From IMG/VR virus record IMGVR_UViG_3300022213_000004: a stretch of DNA of 64,000 nt, one strand, 5' to 3'. The translations under genes and the position numbers were made by a program. Shown here piece by piece: positions 37,658 to 48,192 of the stretch (its first letter is position 1; every line of letters begins with the position of its first letter). A model generated the notes under the pieces. It was not told the DNA's origin and did no database searches. It worked only from the letters and a program-made list of their open reading frames with translations. This DNA comes from a virus.

Positions 37658-38785
37658 ATGGCAATTATTAATAGCAGTAGTTATAGAATTTTAGATGCAA
37701 AAACTGTTATTAGTATTTTGAATTCTAAGTCCGTACAAATAACATCATATCCGCACGTAAGAACAAGATTTTATGATCTTAAAAAAATGTCAGAAAGTAA
37801 GATTTTACTTTTAGTAAAATCTTCATTTTCATCAAATACCGAAAAAATATATGATGATATTGCAAAATTATTTTCAGTTGATGTTCTATTGGGAGGTCAA
37901 AAAGTATTTACAACAGGATCTAAAACAAATCTTCTGGGTGCAGACTTTGCGCTTACTTTACAAAGAGGAACTAAAAAGGTAGAAATATATTTTAGAAAAC
38001 AAAAACAAGATAAAAAAGCAGAGATAATGAGACCGGGAATTTTGAATGAAGAATATTTTGTTTCTAAGATTAATGATGAGATACAAAAAATTAATGAGGC
38101 AAGATCTTCTATAAACTTAAAAAATATTTTTGATCCTAATTTAAATATAATTTTAACCGAAAACAACACTGAAAAATCTACGATTTATAAAGTTTCTTCA
38201 ATAGAAAGAACGGGGCAAGATAATAATAAACAGGATGCAAAAATAAAAACAAAAAACAATACGGATGTTCTTATTTCTTTAAAAAAAGAAAATTTTGGTT
38301 TTTGGAGTAGTGCTTCGGAATATGACCCAGCAAAAAAAATTCTAGACTACTTAGTGAATAATAAACTTGTGAATTATTCTTATAATACTAGGGGTATATT
38401 AACCGATGCATCGAACAATCCTATAAATGGAATTAGAATTAATGCAACTGTTGGGGAAATAAAAAAATATTGTTTTGGTGAAGGTAATGGAGAAATTGAT
38501 TATATTCTAATACGTTCTTTTGATAGAGGGTATTTTAAAGAAATTAGAAAAGCAACAGGAGGTCTTGATTATACAATGAAAATTAATTGTGCAAAAGTAT
38601 ATGAAAAAAGTGCTAGAGATATTATAAGAATGAAAAAAGATGTATATCTAACCATTGTTCCTAGCTCTAAAAATGCATCTGGACTTGGTTCCTATAAGGG
38701 ACTTATAATACAGTTTGAAACAAATAACCATTCCAGTGGGTATTATGAGCCTAATCTCCCAAGCACTTCTTTCGGAAGATTATAA
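37658..38785 (+). CDS. Putative PD-(D/E)XK-type endonuclease
   Basis: NEEYFV...KQDAKI...ISLKK motif; very AT-rich; RBS hairpin like the endonuclease genes. Confidence 0.5.
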   Translation: MAIINSSSYRILDAKTVISILNSKSVQITSYPHVRTRFYDLKKMSESKILLLVKSSFSSNTEKIYDDIAKLFSVDVLLGGQKVFTTGSKTNLLGADFALTLQRGTKKVEIYFRKQKQDKKAEIMRPGILNEEYFVSKINDEIQKINEARSSINLKNIFDPNLNIILTENNTEKSTIYKVSSIERTGQDNNKQDAKIKTKNNTDVLISLKKENFGFWSSASEYDPAKKILDYLVNNKLVNYSYNTRGILTDASNNPINGIRINATVGEIKKYCFGEGNGEIDYILIRSFDRGYFKEIRKATGGLDYTMKINCAKVYEKSARDIIRMKKDVYLTIVPSSKNASGLGSYKGLIIQFETNNHSSGYYEPNLPSTSFGRL

Positions 38786-38813
38786 CTAATAAATACATAT
38801 AAAACCCTATAAG

Positions 38814-40112
38814 ATGAAGAAGTTTTCCCAATTTATATTAGAAGCAAAAGAAACAAGAGCATCCGAACAAGCTAAAAAACTTGGATTGGTTGGTGATGGG
38901 CACGGAGATTGGTATAATACTCAAGGAGAATTTGTTGCGAAAACTGTAGATGGGCAATTAAAGTTTTTTGATAAGGGACAGAGAGTAGGTCAAAGAGATA
39001 TTCCACCAAAAGCTGGTCGCACACAAGCAGCACCAGCGACTGCACAACAACAAATTTCTCCACAACAAACACAGGGGCAGCAAATTCTTCCTCAACAAAT
39101 TCCTGTTGGGCAGGAACAAGAAATGCCCGCTGATGGTGAGTTTTTAACAGTGGTTCTTGCTAAATTTAATCCACCTTCAAAGGAACACAAAAAATTATTT
39201 ACTACAGCAAAAAGAGTTTCTTTGGGCGGAGAAATAAGAATATATCCATCTAGAATACAGGATACTAAAAAAAATCCATTAACTGCAAATAGAAAAATAT
39301 ATTATTTAAAAACAATGTTCCCTGAGTTTAAAGATAACATTGTAAATAACCCAGAGATTAAAACTATTTTTGATGTATTAATTGCGGCAAATGAAGATGG
39401 ATATACAAATGTAAATATTGTTGTTGGTTCAGAACGTCAATCTGAAGTTCAAAACCTAGCAAATAAACATAATGGTAAATTCTACCAGTTTAATGAGATA
39501 AAAGTAATTCCTACGGGAACATTCGATGCAGAAAAAGATATTTCTGGCATTTCTTCTGGTATGATGAGAAAGACTGCTGCAGATAATAATTTTAGAGAAT
39601 TTAAAAGAGCAGTGCCTAAAAATATTGATGAAAATGATACAAGAAAATTGTTTAATGAACTTAGAAAGGCGATGGGGTTCAAGGAAAATGTTAAAGAAAG
39701 TTATAATCTTTGGGAGATTGCTCCAGAATTAGATTTTAAAAATTTAAGAGAAAATTATATTCAGAATAAAATATTTAAGATCGGAGATATTGTAGAAAAT
39801 ATGAATACTGGATTGGTTGGTAAAGTTATACGCAGAGGAACAAATTATTTAATTTGTGTGACTGAAAATGACGTTATGTTTAAGTCTTGGATAAAAGATC
39901 TTGTTGAATATACTGAAGTAAAGATGGATAGTCCAATGAGAGACAAAACTCATCCAAATACTCTTGTCGGAACGTTGGGGGCATTTAAACATTATGCAAA
40001 AATGACACCAGGAGTAATTGGAACGAATAGTCAATATCTTCAAAAAGGTGGTAAAGCGTATGGGGTTAATTTTATAAATAAGTATAAGGCAAAAAAAGCA
40101 AGTATTCGTTAA
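38814..40112 (+). CDS. Cyanophage cytidylyltransferase-like protein
   Basis: KFNPPSKEHKKL (degenerate), KNPL, IVVGSER, ISSGMMRK; N-terminal MKKFSQFILEA. Confidence 0.75.
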   Translation: MKKFSQFILEAKETRASEQAKKLGLVGDGHGDWYNTQGEFVAKTVDGQLKFFDKGQRVGQRDIPPKAGRTQAAPATAQQQISPQQTQGQQILPQQIPVGQEQEMPADGEFLTVVLAKFNPPSKEHKKLFTTAKRVSLGGEIRIYPSRIQDTKKNPLTANRKIYYLKTMFPEFKDNIVNNPEIKTIFDVLIAANEDGYTNVNIVVGSERQSEVQNLANKHNGKFYQFNEIKVIPTGTFDAEKDISGISSGMMRKTAADNNFREFKRAVPKNIDENDTRKLFNELRKAMGFKENVKESYNLWEIAPELDFKNLRENYIQNKIFKIGDIVENMNTGLVGKVIRRGTNYLICVTENDVMFKSWIKDLVEYTEVKMDSPMRDKTHPNTLVGTLGAFKHYAKMTPGVIGTNSQYLQKGGKAYGVNFINKYKAKKASIR

Positions 40113-40113
40113 G

Positions 40114-42909
40114 ATGAACTCTAATAATTTAAAAGATATTTCAAAAATTTATTTGGAGCAAGTTTCATTGCAACTTGATGAAAAGAAAAAGGAAAAACCA
40201 AAGTTTTGGTGGAATGATGATGGCGACAATATTGGTTATGAAAAGGGCGAAGTATCTGGTAAGTTTAAAAGAAAAAGAAAATCAGTAAAGGAAGCATTGA
40301 TTGGTAGACAATCTGAAATTGATGCGAATAGAAATGATAAAATTGACGCCCAAGATTTTAAAATTCTTCGCTCAACTAAAAAGAAAAAGTCTGTAAAAGA
40401 GGGATTTTCAAATTGGAGAGAAGATCTTATTGAAGTTGCAGATAAAATTCCATCAAAAGATAAAGATCAAAAAATAGTAGAAAAGCAAGTTGATAATAAA
40501 ATTGATATTAATCCAAAACTTGATCTTGGGGAAAGAGTTGAAAAACTTGGTGGAACTCTTCTTGAGATGAATGAAATCGAAGAGTTTGATCAAATTTTTG
40601 ATGATTTAACTGAATCTGAAATTTTCTTACTTTCTGATAGTTTAATTGAAGAAGTAGTAGAAGAGTTTTTCTATGAGTGCATTGAAGAGGGATATGACCT
40701 TCAAGAAATAGAAAATACTTTACTTGAGTCAATTGAGTTATCAAATGCTCTTCTTACTGAGGCAGAAGTAACTTATGGGCACGATACTGATATAAAAAAA
40801 GATAGACTTGAAAAAGTAAAATCTGCAGTTAAAAAAGTAGGAAGAGGACTTGTTCGTGGTGCAGGGTATGCTGCTGGACTTGCGGTAAGAGGAGCAAAAG
40901 CAGTTGGAAGAGAACTTGGAAAAGGATATCAAAGAGGTAGATATGGTGCTTCTGGAGGATCTGGATCTTCCCAAACAACCTCTTCAAGAGAAACTCAAAC
41001 TACTTCTGGAGATGGTGGAGAATCTGAAGATAAAAAACCAGGACTTCTTTCGAGGATTGGGGCAAAATTAAAAAGAGGTCTTGTAAAAGTTGCAAGATCT
41101 GTTTCTAGAGGAGCAAGAAATGTTGCTCGTAGATTGGATGATAAAGGTAAAAAAGTAGAAGCACCAAAAGCAGAACCCAAAAAAGCAGAAAAACCTACAC
41201 CAAAACCTCAAGCAAAAACTACAAGTTCTTCTAGTAGTGTTAATTTGGATAATCCACAAGGATCTGCAACTTATCGCGGAACTGGTTATGAACAAGGTAG
41301 TGTATCTTTGAAGGGACCACAAAAAACAAGTTCTCAAACAAAACCTCAAGCAAAGACAACAACTGTTTCATCTAAACCATTAAGTAAAGAACAAAGGAAC
41401 GCAGTTAAAAGAGCTCAACGTAGAAATCAGAATCTTTCTGCTGAAGACGCAAGAAGAATTGCTTCTTCAGTTTCAAGTAAAGAGGAAAAAGGAAGAGAAC
41501 TGCAAGCAAGAATGGCAGCAGCTGCTGCTAAAAGAGGAATATCTGAAGATTATTATGATCTTGCATCAAAGACAGTTAAATCGGGAAAACCAGGAAAAAA
41601 GCAAAAAAGCACAATTGAAACGTTAGCAAAAACTGCAACGACAAAGAAAAAAACAAGAACCCCAGTAGGAACTGCTAGAAGAGGAAGTTCTACTTTTAAA
41701 CCATCCTCGCCAGAAGAAGCAGAATCAAATATGAAGTCTTGGGATGATTATTGGAGTTCTGCTGCTAAAGGATATAAAGAGCAGTATGAAATATTCGAGA
41801 AAGCAGAAAGCGAACAGCAACAAAAAATCTTTGGACTTGCTCTTTCCGTTAAAAGAGGCGATACTCCAAGATCTGAAGTAAGTGATAGAGTTCTTAAAAT
41901 TGTTGATAATATGAGTGAAAAAGAAATTCGTAAGTTTGCTAAAACAAAACACGAAGGACTTCCCCACAAAGTTGAGACAAAAGAAGAAGTAATAAGGCAG
42001 GAACTTATTGCTAGAATGATTGGCAAAATTGAAGAACAAAGTGAAGTGTATGTTGATGAAGCAAAACTTCCAAGTTCAATGAAGAAGGGTAAAAAAAAAG
42101 TAGAAAGTAAAACTCAAGTCATCCACGATGTAGATGATAATCTTGCAGATCAGAGACACCCTGATGCTGCTAAAATTGATGTGATGAGAAAAAAATCTGG
42201 CAAATGGGAAAAGGTTCAATCACTAACACCTAGTCAGTTTGCCCATCATAAACTCAGAAAACCAGGAGAACCTGTGAAGGAAGAAAATGATCCTGGTGAT
42301 AAGTATGGATTTGACCAGTTTAGAAGTACTGAAAAATTCAAAAAAACAACAAAAGCAAATAAACCAGTAGTCAGATTGGGAGATAGTCCAAGAAGACCTG
42401 CTAAAAAGTCTGTTGTTACTGCTCGGGGTGGATCTGAATTTGGAAGCAAAAAACCAAGCACTCCTATGGATAAACCAGGTGAGTTTGCTAAAGATTTAAA
42501 AAATAGAATTGGTGTAAAAAACCTTGAAAGAAAGAATGTTCATTTCACTGGCGGAATGCGTAGTGGATCTGGTCCCGAAAAGAAAGGAGAAGTGGTTAAG
42601 AAGATTGTAAAACCTGATGCTAAGAAAGTTATTGCAACCGATGATCATCTACAAAATGTAAGGCATATGGCAGCATCTGCATCTTCTGCAGCACCTAAGG
42701 CAAAAGTTAGAGCATACCAATCAAAACCTGCTACAAAAGAAAAGGGAAAGGTAAAAATCGGAGATATTGTTCCTGTGAGAGTTGGTAAGGAGAAAGACTT
42801 GGCGGATAAAAACATTGGTATTCGTTCAAATACGTCTCCTTCCAAATCGCCAAAAGAAACTCAGCGTAGGAAAAAGCAACAAAAAATGAGAGAAGAATTT
42901 GATATTTGA
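40114..42909 (+). CDS. Large mosaic putative internal head protein with C-terminal HAD-like domain
   Basis: Alternating acidic and basic segments, EGFSNWREDL, KFAKTKHEGLP, then VIHDVDDNL...VVTARG...ATDDHLQN. Confidence 0.6.
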   Translation: MNSNNLKDISKIYLEQVSLQLDEKKKEKPKFWWNDDGDNIGYEKGEVSGKFKRKRKSVKEALIGRQSEIDANRNDKIDAQDFKILRSTKKKKSVKEGFSNWREDLIEVADKIPSKDKDQKIVEKQVDNKIDINPKLDLGERVEKLGGTLLEMNEIEEFDQIFDDLTESEIFLLSDSLIEEVVEEFFYECIEEGYDLQEIENTLLESIELSNALLTEAEVTYGHDTDIKKDRLEKVKSAVKKVGRGLVRGAGYAAGLAVRGAKAVGRELGKGYQRGRYGASGGSGSSQTTSSRETQTTSGDGGESEDKKPGLLSRIGAKLKRGLVKVARSVSRGARNVARRLDDKGKKVEAPKAEPKKAEKPTPKPQAKTTSSSSSVNLDNPQGSATYRGTGYEQGSVSLKGPQKTSSQTKPQAKTTTVSSKPLSKEQRNAVKRAQRRNQNLSAEDARRIASSVSSKEEKGRELQARMAAAAAKRGISEDYYDLASKTVKSGKPGKKQKSTIETLAKTATTKKKTRTPVGTARRGSSTFKPSSPEEAESNMKSWDDYWSSAAKGYKEQYEIFEKAESEQQQKIFGLALSVKRGDTPRSEVSDRVLKIVDNMSEKEIRKFAKTKHEGLPHKVETKEEVIRQELIARMIGKIEEQSEVYVDEAKLPSSMKKGKKKVESKTQVIHDVDDNLADQRHPDAAKIDVMRKKSGKWEKVQSLTPSQFAHHKLRKPGEPVKEENDPGDKYGFDQFRSTEKFKKTTKANKPVVRLGDSPRRPAKKSVVTARGGSEFGSKKPSTPMDKPGEFAKDLKNRIGVKNLERKNVHFTGGMRSGSGPEKKGEVVKKIVKPDAKKVIATDDHLQNVRHMAASASSAAPKAKVRAYQSKPATKEKGKVKIGDIVPVRVGKEKDLADKNIGIRSNTSPSKSPKETQRRKKQQKMREEFDI

Positions 42910-42956
42910 TATATTTTTTTCTAAATAGAAAAGGATACCTTTTATAGGAGGACATC

Positions 42957-43127
42957 ATGGGAGCAGTAGTCGCAGTGGTAAAACCACTTGTAATTTCAAT
43001 TGCAACTCATCCAGCAGTGAAAAATCTTGTTATTGAGCTTCTTGAGAAATATGTAAAGACGACTGATAATACCGTTGATGATGTTGTTGTTGCTTTAGTT
43101 AAAGAAAAACTCTTTACTCCACAATGA
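42957..43127 (+). CDS. Small amphipathic late protein (not in ORF track)
   Basis: AGGAGG RBS; MGAVVAVVKPLVISIATHPAVKNLVIELLEKYVKTTDNTVDD... Confidence 0.75.
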   Translation: MGAVVAVVKPLVISIATHPAVKNLVIELLEKYVKTTDNTVDDVVVALVKEKLFTPQ

Positions 43128-43288
43128 TTACTTGTTTTGTCACTAATTGGGGAGTAACCATTTTTCTTGGATTACTTTTGACTTTATCTGAATGGTTGGC
43201 AAAAACAAAAAAATTCGAAGAAAATGGATTACTTGATTTAACAACTAACTTTTTAAGAGTTGTTTTACGCAAAGGAGACCAAAAGTAG
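43124..43288 (+). CDS. Small membrane protein, holin-like (not in ORF track)
   Basis: ATGA overlap; MITCFVTNWGVTIFLGLLLTLSEWLAK... Confidence 0.6.
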   Translation: MITCFVTNWGVTIFLGLLLTLSEWLAKTKKFEENGLLDLTTNFLRVVLRKGDQK

Positions 43289-43342
43289 GGTCTCCTTTTT
43301 TTATAAATAATTTTTAGCAAATAACTTTTTAAGGTAAAGAGA

Positions 43343-43855
43343 ATGGCACTCTGGGGTAATAACGATTCTGTTTATTCTGCTGGTACAGTTGCAGTAAATT
43401 ACAACACTCTTGTTGTTACTGGAACTGCAACTACTTTTGATACCAATGGTGTTGCCGTTGGTGATGTAATTCAAATTGGTGCTGGGTCTACTTTTGGCGA
43501 AGCTGTAATTGTTGGAGTTGGAAGTACAACTTTATCAATCGCATCAACTCAATTCTTAAGTGGCGCTGCTATTTCTGGTGCAACTTATAATATTAACCAA
43601 CAACCAAAGTATGCTCTTGGAGTTGGAAATACCTATAGAGGTAGCACTAATCCATCTTTGATATATGGAGTTGATGCAAATGAAGTCAGTACTGCTTCAA
43701 CAACCGCATATGCAGTAACTCATAGTGGTTGGGTTGCAGTTGGAGCTACCTACATTGACGCTGAAGGCAATCTAAGAGTTAAGCATGAGGTTCTTGTAGC
43801 GGGTGGAATTAATACAACCTCTGATGCTAACGACGACGCAATCTTCCTTCCTTGA
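43343..43855 (+). CDS. Virion structural protein
   Basis: MALWG...HSGWV...RVKHEVLVA pattern of T4-like structural proteins; TATAAATA upstream. Confidence 0.65.
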   Translation: MALWGNNDSVYSAGTVAVNYNTLVVTGTATTFDTNGVAVGDVIQIGAGSTFGEAVIVGVGSTTLSIASTQFLSGAAISGATYNINQQPKYALGVGNTYRGSTNPSLIYGVDANEVSTASTTAYAVTHSGWVAVGATYIDAEGNLRVKHEVLVAGGINTTSDANDDAIFLP

Positions 43856-43865
43856 TGGATAATAT

Positions 43866-44279
43866 ATGATTTTCAATGAATTGACTGAGGATAATTTTTT
43901 ATTATTTGCTATTAAAAATTATGAAAATCCTCAAGCAGTAACTAGAGAAGATTTTGAGCGAGATTTGAATCACTTTAAATACATAAAAAGATTATTGAAA
44001 AGGTATAAAAATACCGGACAATTAAAAATTCATCTTCTTCTCAATCATTTTATTATTCTTTATAATATTTTTGGTGAGGCAGCAACTCCAATGCTTTTTT
44101 ATAAAATTGAGAGGGAGTTATGGTCTACTATGAAAACCTTTATCATCTTTCTCAATAGACTACCTGATTATCCAAAATGTTATATTCATGATATTCAAGT
44201 CGATATAAATTGTCTTTCTAAACTCTATAAAATCTACAATGGAAAAGAAGAAACTGGATTGGATAATTCAAATAATTAG
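43866..44279 (+). CDS. Conserved T4-like hypothetical protein
   Basis: FLLFAIKNYENPQ...FKYIKRL...LNHFIILYNIFG. Confidence 0.8.
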   Translation: MIFNELTEDNFLLFAIKNYENPQAVTREDFERDLNHFKYIKRLLKRYKNTGQLKIHLLLNHFIILYNIFGEAATPMLFYKIERELWSTMKTFIIFLNRLPDYPKCYIHDIQVDINCLSKLYKIYNGKEETGLDNSNN

Positions 44280-44463
44280 AGAGCAGATGGTGACTGGATC
44301 TACTGCTGGTGCTCCTGGATTTAGTGAAAAGTCTCCTGTGGAAGGTCCAACGGCAGGAATGTCTCCTGTCGTGAATTTTGATGGTAGGAGCAGAGTTGCT
44401 AGAAGACTTCCTTCTCCATATCGTGTAGATTTAATCAAAAAGAAAAAGAAATCAACTCCATAA
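44239..44463 (+). CDS. Hypothetical protein
   Basis: 74-aa ORF in the same operon. Confidence 0.6.
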   Translation: MEKKKLDWIIQIIREQMVTGSTAGAPGFSEKSPVEGPTAGMSPVVNFDGRSRVARRLPSPYRVDLIKKKKKSTP

Positions 44464-44467
44464 AGCC

Positions 44468-44815
44468 ATGTTCGGTCAAGACTCAAAAATTAAAGTTGCA
44501 GTTCTTGAAGAAAGAGTAAAAATCCATGAGGAAATGGTTGAACGTGTAGACGCTGCCATTCAGACTTTAAGTGAAACAAATCAAAATATTTGTAAGATGC
44601 TTGCGGTACATGATGAAAGAATTTTTAACTGTTCTAAAAGTGATGAAAGTATAAATGAAAAGATTGGAAAAATAGAAGTAAAGGTTGATGAGTTGTCAAA
44701 GTTTAGATGGATGGTTGCTGGTGTAGTTGCACTTGCTTTATTATTTTTTCCAGTTGCTACCAATTTTATATCATCATCAATAAATTCATTCATGGGTTAT
44801 TCAAAAAATAAATAA
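44468..44815 (+). CDS. Coiled-coil protein with C-terminal transmembrane helix
   Basis: KMLAVHDERI...FRWMVAGVVALALLFF. Confidence 0.7.
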   Translation: MFGQDSKIKVAVLEERVKIHEEMVERVDAAIQTLSETNQNICKMLAVHDERIFNCSKSDESINEKIGKIEVKVDELSKFRWMVAGVVALALLFFPVATNFISSSINSFMGYSKNK

Positions 44816-44891
44816 TTGAGTGTTGGTACAAGATGCCCTTGACAAAACCAGATAGTTTGATAGAATAGATAGACTAATAAAGTATTTGATT

Positions 44892-45860
44892 ATGGATTTT
44901 ATTGATGTAAAATACATCAATTTGGTTTCTTCCAGATTTCAAAAGTTTAAAAAGGTAAAGCATAACCTTTATAATTTTCGTTGTCCCATTTGTGGAGACT
45001 CCCAAAAGAATAAAAATAAGGCAAGGGGATATTTGTACCAAGTAAAAAATAATACTAATTTTAAATGTCACAATTGTGGAGTTAATATATCTTTTAATAA
45101 TTTCTTAAAGCAAATTGATCCAGTAATCTATAAGCAATATACCTTTGAAAAATTTAAAGAAGGTCATACTGGAAAAAACTTCACAGTAGAAGAACCAGTA
45201 TTTAATTTCGAAGCACCAAAATTTAAACAAAAAGTAAATTTACCAAAAGCATCTACAAATCCTGACGCAAAAAGTTATCTGGAAAGTAGAAAATTAAATC
45301 CACATAACTATTATTACACCGAAAAATTTAAGGAATGGACTAACTCTCTTCGTCCAACATTCGACAGCATTGATAAAGATGAACCAAGGATTATAATTCC
45401 TTTGTTTTATCAAAATAATCTAGTTGGGTTTCAGGGAAGAGCACTTGGTCCCAGTAAGGTTAAATACATTACTATAATGCTTGACGATGACGCACCAAAA
45501 ATCTATGGTCTCGATGAAGTCCAAAAAAGTGAAACTGTCTACATTACGGAAGGTCCATTCGACTCAACTTTCATTCGCAACTCGATTGCTCTTTGTGGAG
45601 CTGATGGTGATGTTGCTAAGTGGGGTATTTGCGATTGTGTTTGGATATACGATAACGAACCACGTAATGCAGAAATCCACTCAAGAATCTCCCGCATTAT
45701 TGATGGGGGTGAAAAAGTCGTAATTTGGCCTTCTTCTATTAGAAATAAGGACATTAACGACATGATTTTATCTGGACTTGATGTTCAGTCTGTGATAGAA
45801 TTAAATACTTACTCTGGATTAGAAGCAAAACTTAAATTTACTACCTGGAAGAAAATATGA
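44892..45860 (+). CDS. gp61: DNA primase
   Basis: CPICGDS, CHNCG, GFQGR, EGPFDS, DNEPRN, KDINDM; TTGACA-16-TAGAAT upstream. Confidence 0.97.
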   Translation: MDFIDVKYINLVSSRFQKFKKVKHNLYNFRCPICGDSQKNKNKARGYLYQVKNNTNFKCHNCGVNISFNNFLKQIDPVIYKQYTFEKFKEGHTGKNFTVEEPVFNFEAPKFKQKVNLPKASTNPDAKSYLESRKLNPHNYYYTEKFKEWTNSLRPTFDSIDKDEPRIIIPLFYQNNLVGFQGRALGPSKVKYITIMLDDDAPKIYGLDEVQKSETVYITEGPFDSTFIRNSIALCGADGDVAKWGICDCVWIYDNEPRNAEIHSRISRIIDGGEKVVIWPSSIRNKDINDMILSGLDVQSVIELNTYSGLEAKLKFTTWKKI

Positions 45861-48157
45861 GCAACGGTACAAAAGTTAAAAAGCGTGATGGTCGAATTGA
45901 GTCTCTTGACTTGGAAAAGATGCATTTGATGGTCGAAGAGGCATGTAGGGGTCTTGCAGGAGTCTCTGCTAGTCAAGTTGAGATGACTTCTGGTATTCAA
46001 TTTTATGATGGAATTACAACAGCAGAGATTCAAGAAATTCTTATTCGTTCCGCTAGCGATTTGATTGATTTGGATCATCCAAATTATCAGTATGTTGCTG
46101 CTCGTCTTCTTTTATTTGCTGTACGTAAGCAACTTTATGGTAAAATGAAAGAACTTCCCACTCTAGAACAACACATTTATCAATGTGTTAATCATGAAGT
46201 CTATGATAATGATATCTTTAACGAATATTCAAAAGAAGAGATTGGTAAAGCCGATTCGTATATTGATCATGACCGCGACTATCTGTTCACTTATGCGGGT
46301 TTACGTCAGGTCGTTGACAAGTACCTTGTGCAAGACAGGAGTTCTGGTGGAGTATATGAAACACCACAATTCATGTATATGATGATTGCTCTGACTATCT
46401 TTGCAGAGTATCCAAAAGAAACACGAATGTCATATGTAAAGAGGTATTATGACGCAATCTCCAAGCACAAAATCAACATCCCCACTCCCATCATGGCGGG
46501 AGTTAGAACGCCACTTAGACAATTTGCTAGTTGTGTTCTTGTTGATGTTGATGACACCCTCGATTCTATCTTTAGCAGTGATATGGCTATTGGTAGATAC
46601 GTTGCACAGAGGGCGGGAATCGGCATCAACGCTGGTAGAATCCGTGGCATCAACAGCAAAATCCGAGGGGGAGAAGTTCAACACACGGGTGTTGTACCAT
46701 TTCTCAAAAAGTTTGAAGCAACTGTCCGATGCTGTACTCAAAATGGCATACGCGGTGGATCCGCCACCGTCCACTTCCCAATCTGGCACCAAGAAATAGA
46801 AGATATTTTGGTTCTTAAAAACAACAAGGGAACGGAAGATAATCGTGTCCGTAAACTTGATTATTCCATTCAAATTAGCAAGTTGTTCTATGAAAGATTT
46901 ATTCAAGATGGTGAGATCACGCTTTTCTCTCCGCATGATGTCCCTGGACTTTATGATAGCTTTGGACTCCCTGAGTTTGATGCTCTCTACGTACAATATG
47001 AAAAAGATCCGTCCATTACGAAAAAAACTATTAAAGCGCAAGAACTCATCCTTAACTTACTTAAGGAACGTGCGGAAACGGGTCGAATCTACATTATGAA
47101 TATTGATCATTGTAATTCTCATTCTTCTTTTAAAGACAAAGTAAATATGTCAAACCTTTGTCAAGAGATTACTCTACCTACAGATCCTATCCAACATATT
47201 GATGATAAAATGGGGGAGATTGCACTTTGTATTCTTTCCGCTATCAATGTTGGAAAGGTAAAATCTGATGAAGAACTTGAAGAACTTTGTGACCTTTCTG
47301 TTCGCGGTTTAGATGAGTTGATTGACTATCAAAAATATCCCGTAGCGGCGGCAGAAATCGCTACCAAGGCACGTCGTTCTCTTGGTATAGGGTTTATTGG
47401 TTTAGCACATTATCTAGCAAAACTTGGATATAACTATGCTTCTCAAGAGGCATGGGATGCAGTTCATGGTCTTTCCGAATCTTTCCAGTATTATCTTCTG
47501 AAGGCATCTAATCAACTTGCAAAAGAAAAAGGTTATTGTGAATATTTTGGCCGCACAAAGTATGCTGATGGCATTCTTCCGATTGATACATACAAAAAAG
47601 AAGTTGATGAAGTTTCTTCTATTCCTTTAGATCATGACTGGGAATCTCTTAGAGCGTCTATCCTGGAATATGGTCTCAGGCACTCAACACTGTCCGCACA
47701 GATGCCATCGGAGAGCAGTTCCGTTGTGTCAAACGCAACCAACGGAATTGAACCACCTCGCGGATTCCTGTCCGTTAAAAAGAGTAAGAAAGGACCACTT
47801 AAGCAGATTGTTCCCCAGTATCATACACTTAAGAACAATTACACGCTCCTCTGGGATATGCCTAGCAATACTGGTTATATTAATATTGTTGCTGTTATGC
47901 AAAAGTTTTTTGATCAAGCAATTTCTGGTAATTGGTCTTATAATCCAGAGAACTATGATGATAATGAAGTACCTGTTTCAGTGATGGCACATGATATGCT
48001 TTACTCATATTCGATGGGATGGAAAACGAGTTATTATCAAAACACATATGATATTAAAACTGATGAAGTAGTGGAAGAACCAAAACAAGACCTTCAATCA
48101 CTTCTTCAAGAACTTTCTGGTGCTGATGAAGAACTTTGTGACAGTTGTGCAGTTTGA
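45857..48157 (+). CDS. nrdA: Class Ia ribonucleotide reductase alpha subunit
   Basis: ATP cone VKKRDG, FASCVL, SNLCQEI, MPSESSS, C-terminal CDSC. Confidence 0.98.
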   Translation: MSNGTKVKKRDGRIESLDLEKMHLMVEEACRGLAGVSASQVEMTSGIQFYDGITTAEIQEILIRSASDLIDLDHPNYQYVAARLLLFAVRKQLYGKMKELPTLEQHIYQCVNHEVYDNDIFNEYSKEEIGKADSYIDHDRDYLFTYAGLRQVVDKYLVQDRSSGGVYETPQFMYMMIALTIFAEYPKETRMSYVKRYYDAISKHKINIPTPIMAGVRTPLRQFASCVLVDVDDTLDSIFSSDMAIGRYVAQRAGIGINAGRIRGINSKIRGGEVQHTGVVPFLKKFEATVRCCTQNGIRGGSATVHFPIWHQEIEDILVLKNNKGTEDNRVRKLDYSIQISKLFYERFIQDGEITLFSPHDVPGLYDSFGLPEFDALYVQYEKDPSITKKTIKAQELILNLLKERAETGRIYIMNIDHCNSHSSFKDKVNMSNLCQEITLPTDPIQHIDDKMGEIALCILSAINVGKVKSDEELEELCDLSVRGLDELIDYQKYPVAAAEIATKARRSLGIGFIGLAHYLAKLGYNYASQEAWDAVHGLSESFQYYLLKASNQLAKEKGYCEYFGRTKYADGILPIDTYKKEVDEVSSIPLDHDWESLRASILEYGLRHSTLSAQMPSESSSVVSNATNGIEPPRGFLSVKKSKKGPLKQIVPQYHTLKNNYTLLWDMPSNTGYINIVAVMQKFFDQAISGNWSYNPENYDDNEVPVSVMAHDMLYSYSMGWKTSYYQNTYDIKTDEVVEEPKQDLQSLLQELSGADEELCDSCAV

Positions 48158-48192
48158 AAATCTATTAAATAAACTATGTGAAGGGAGCAAGT

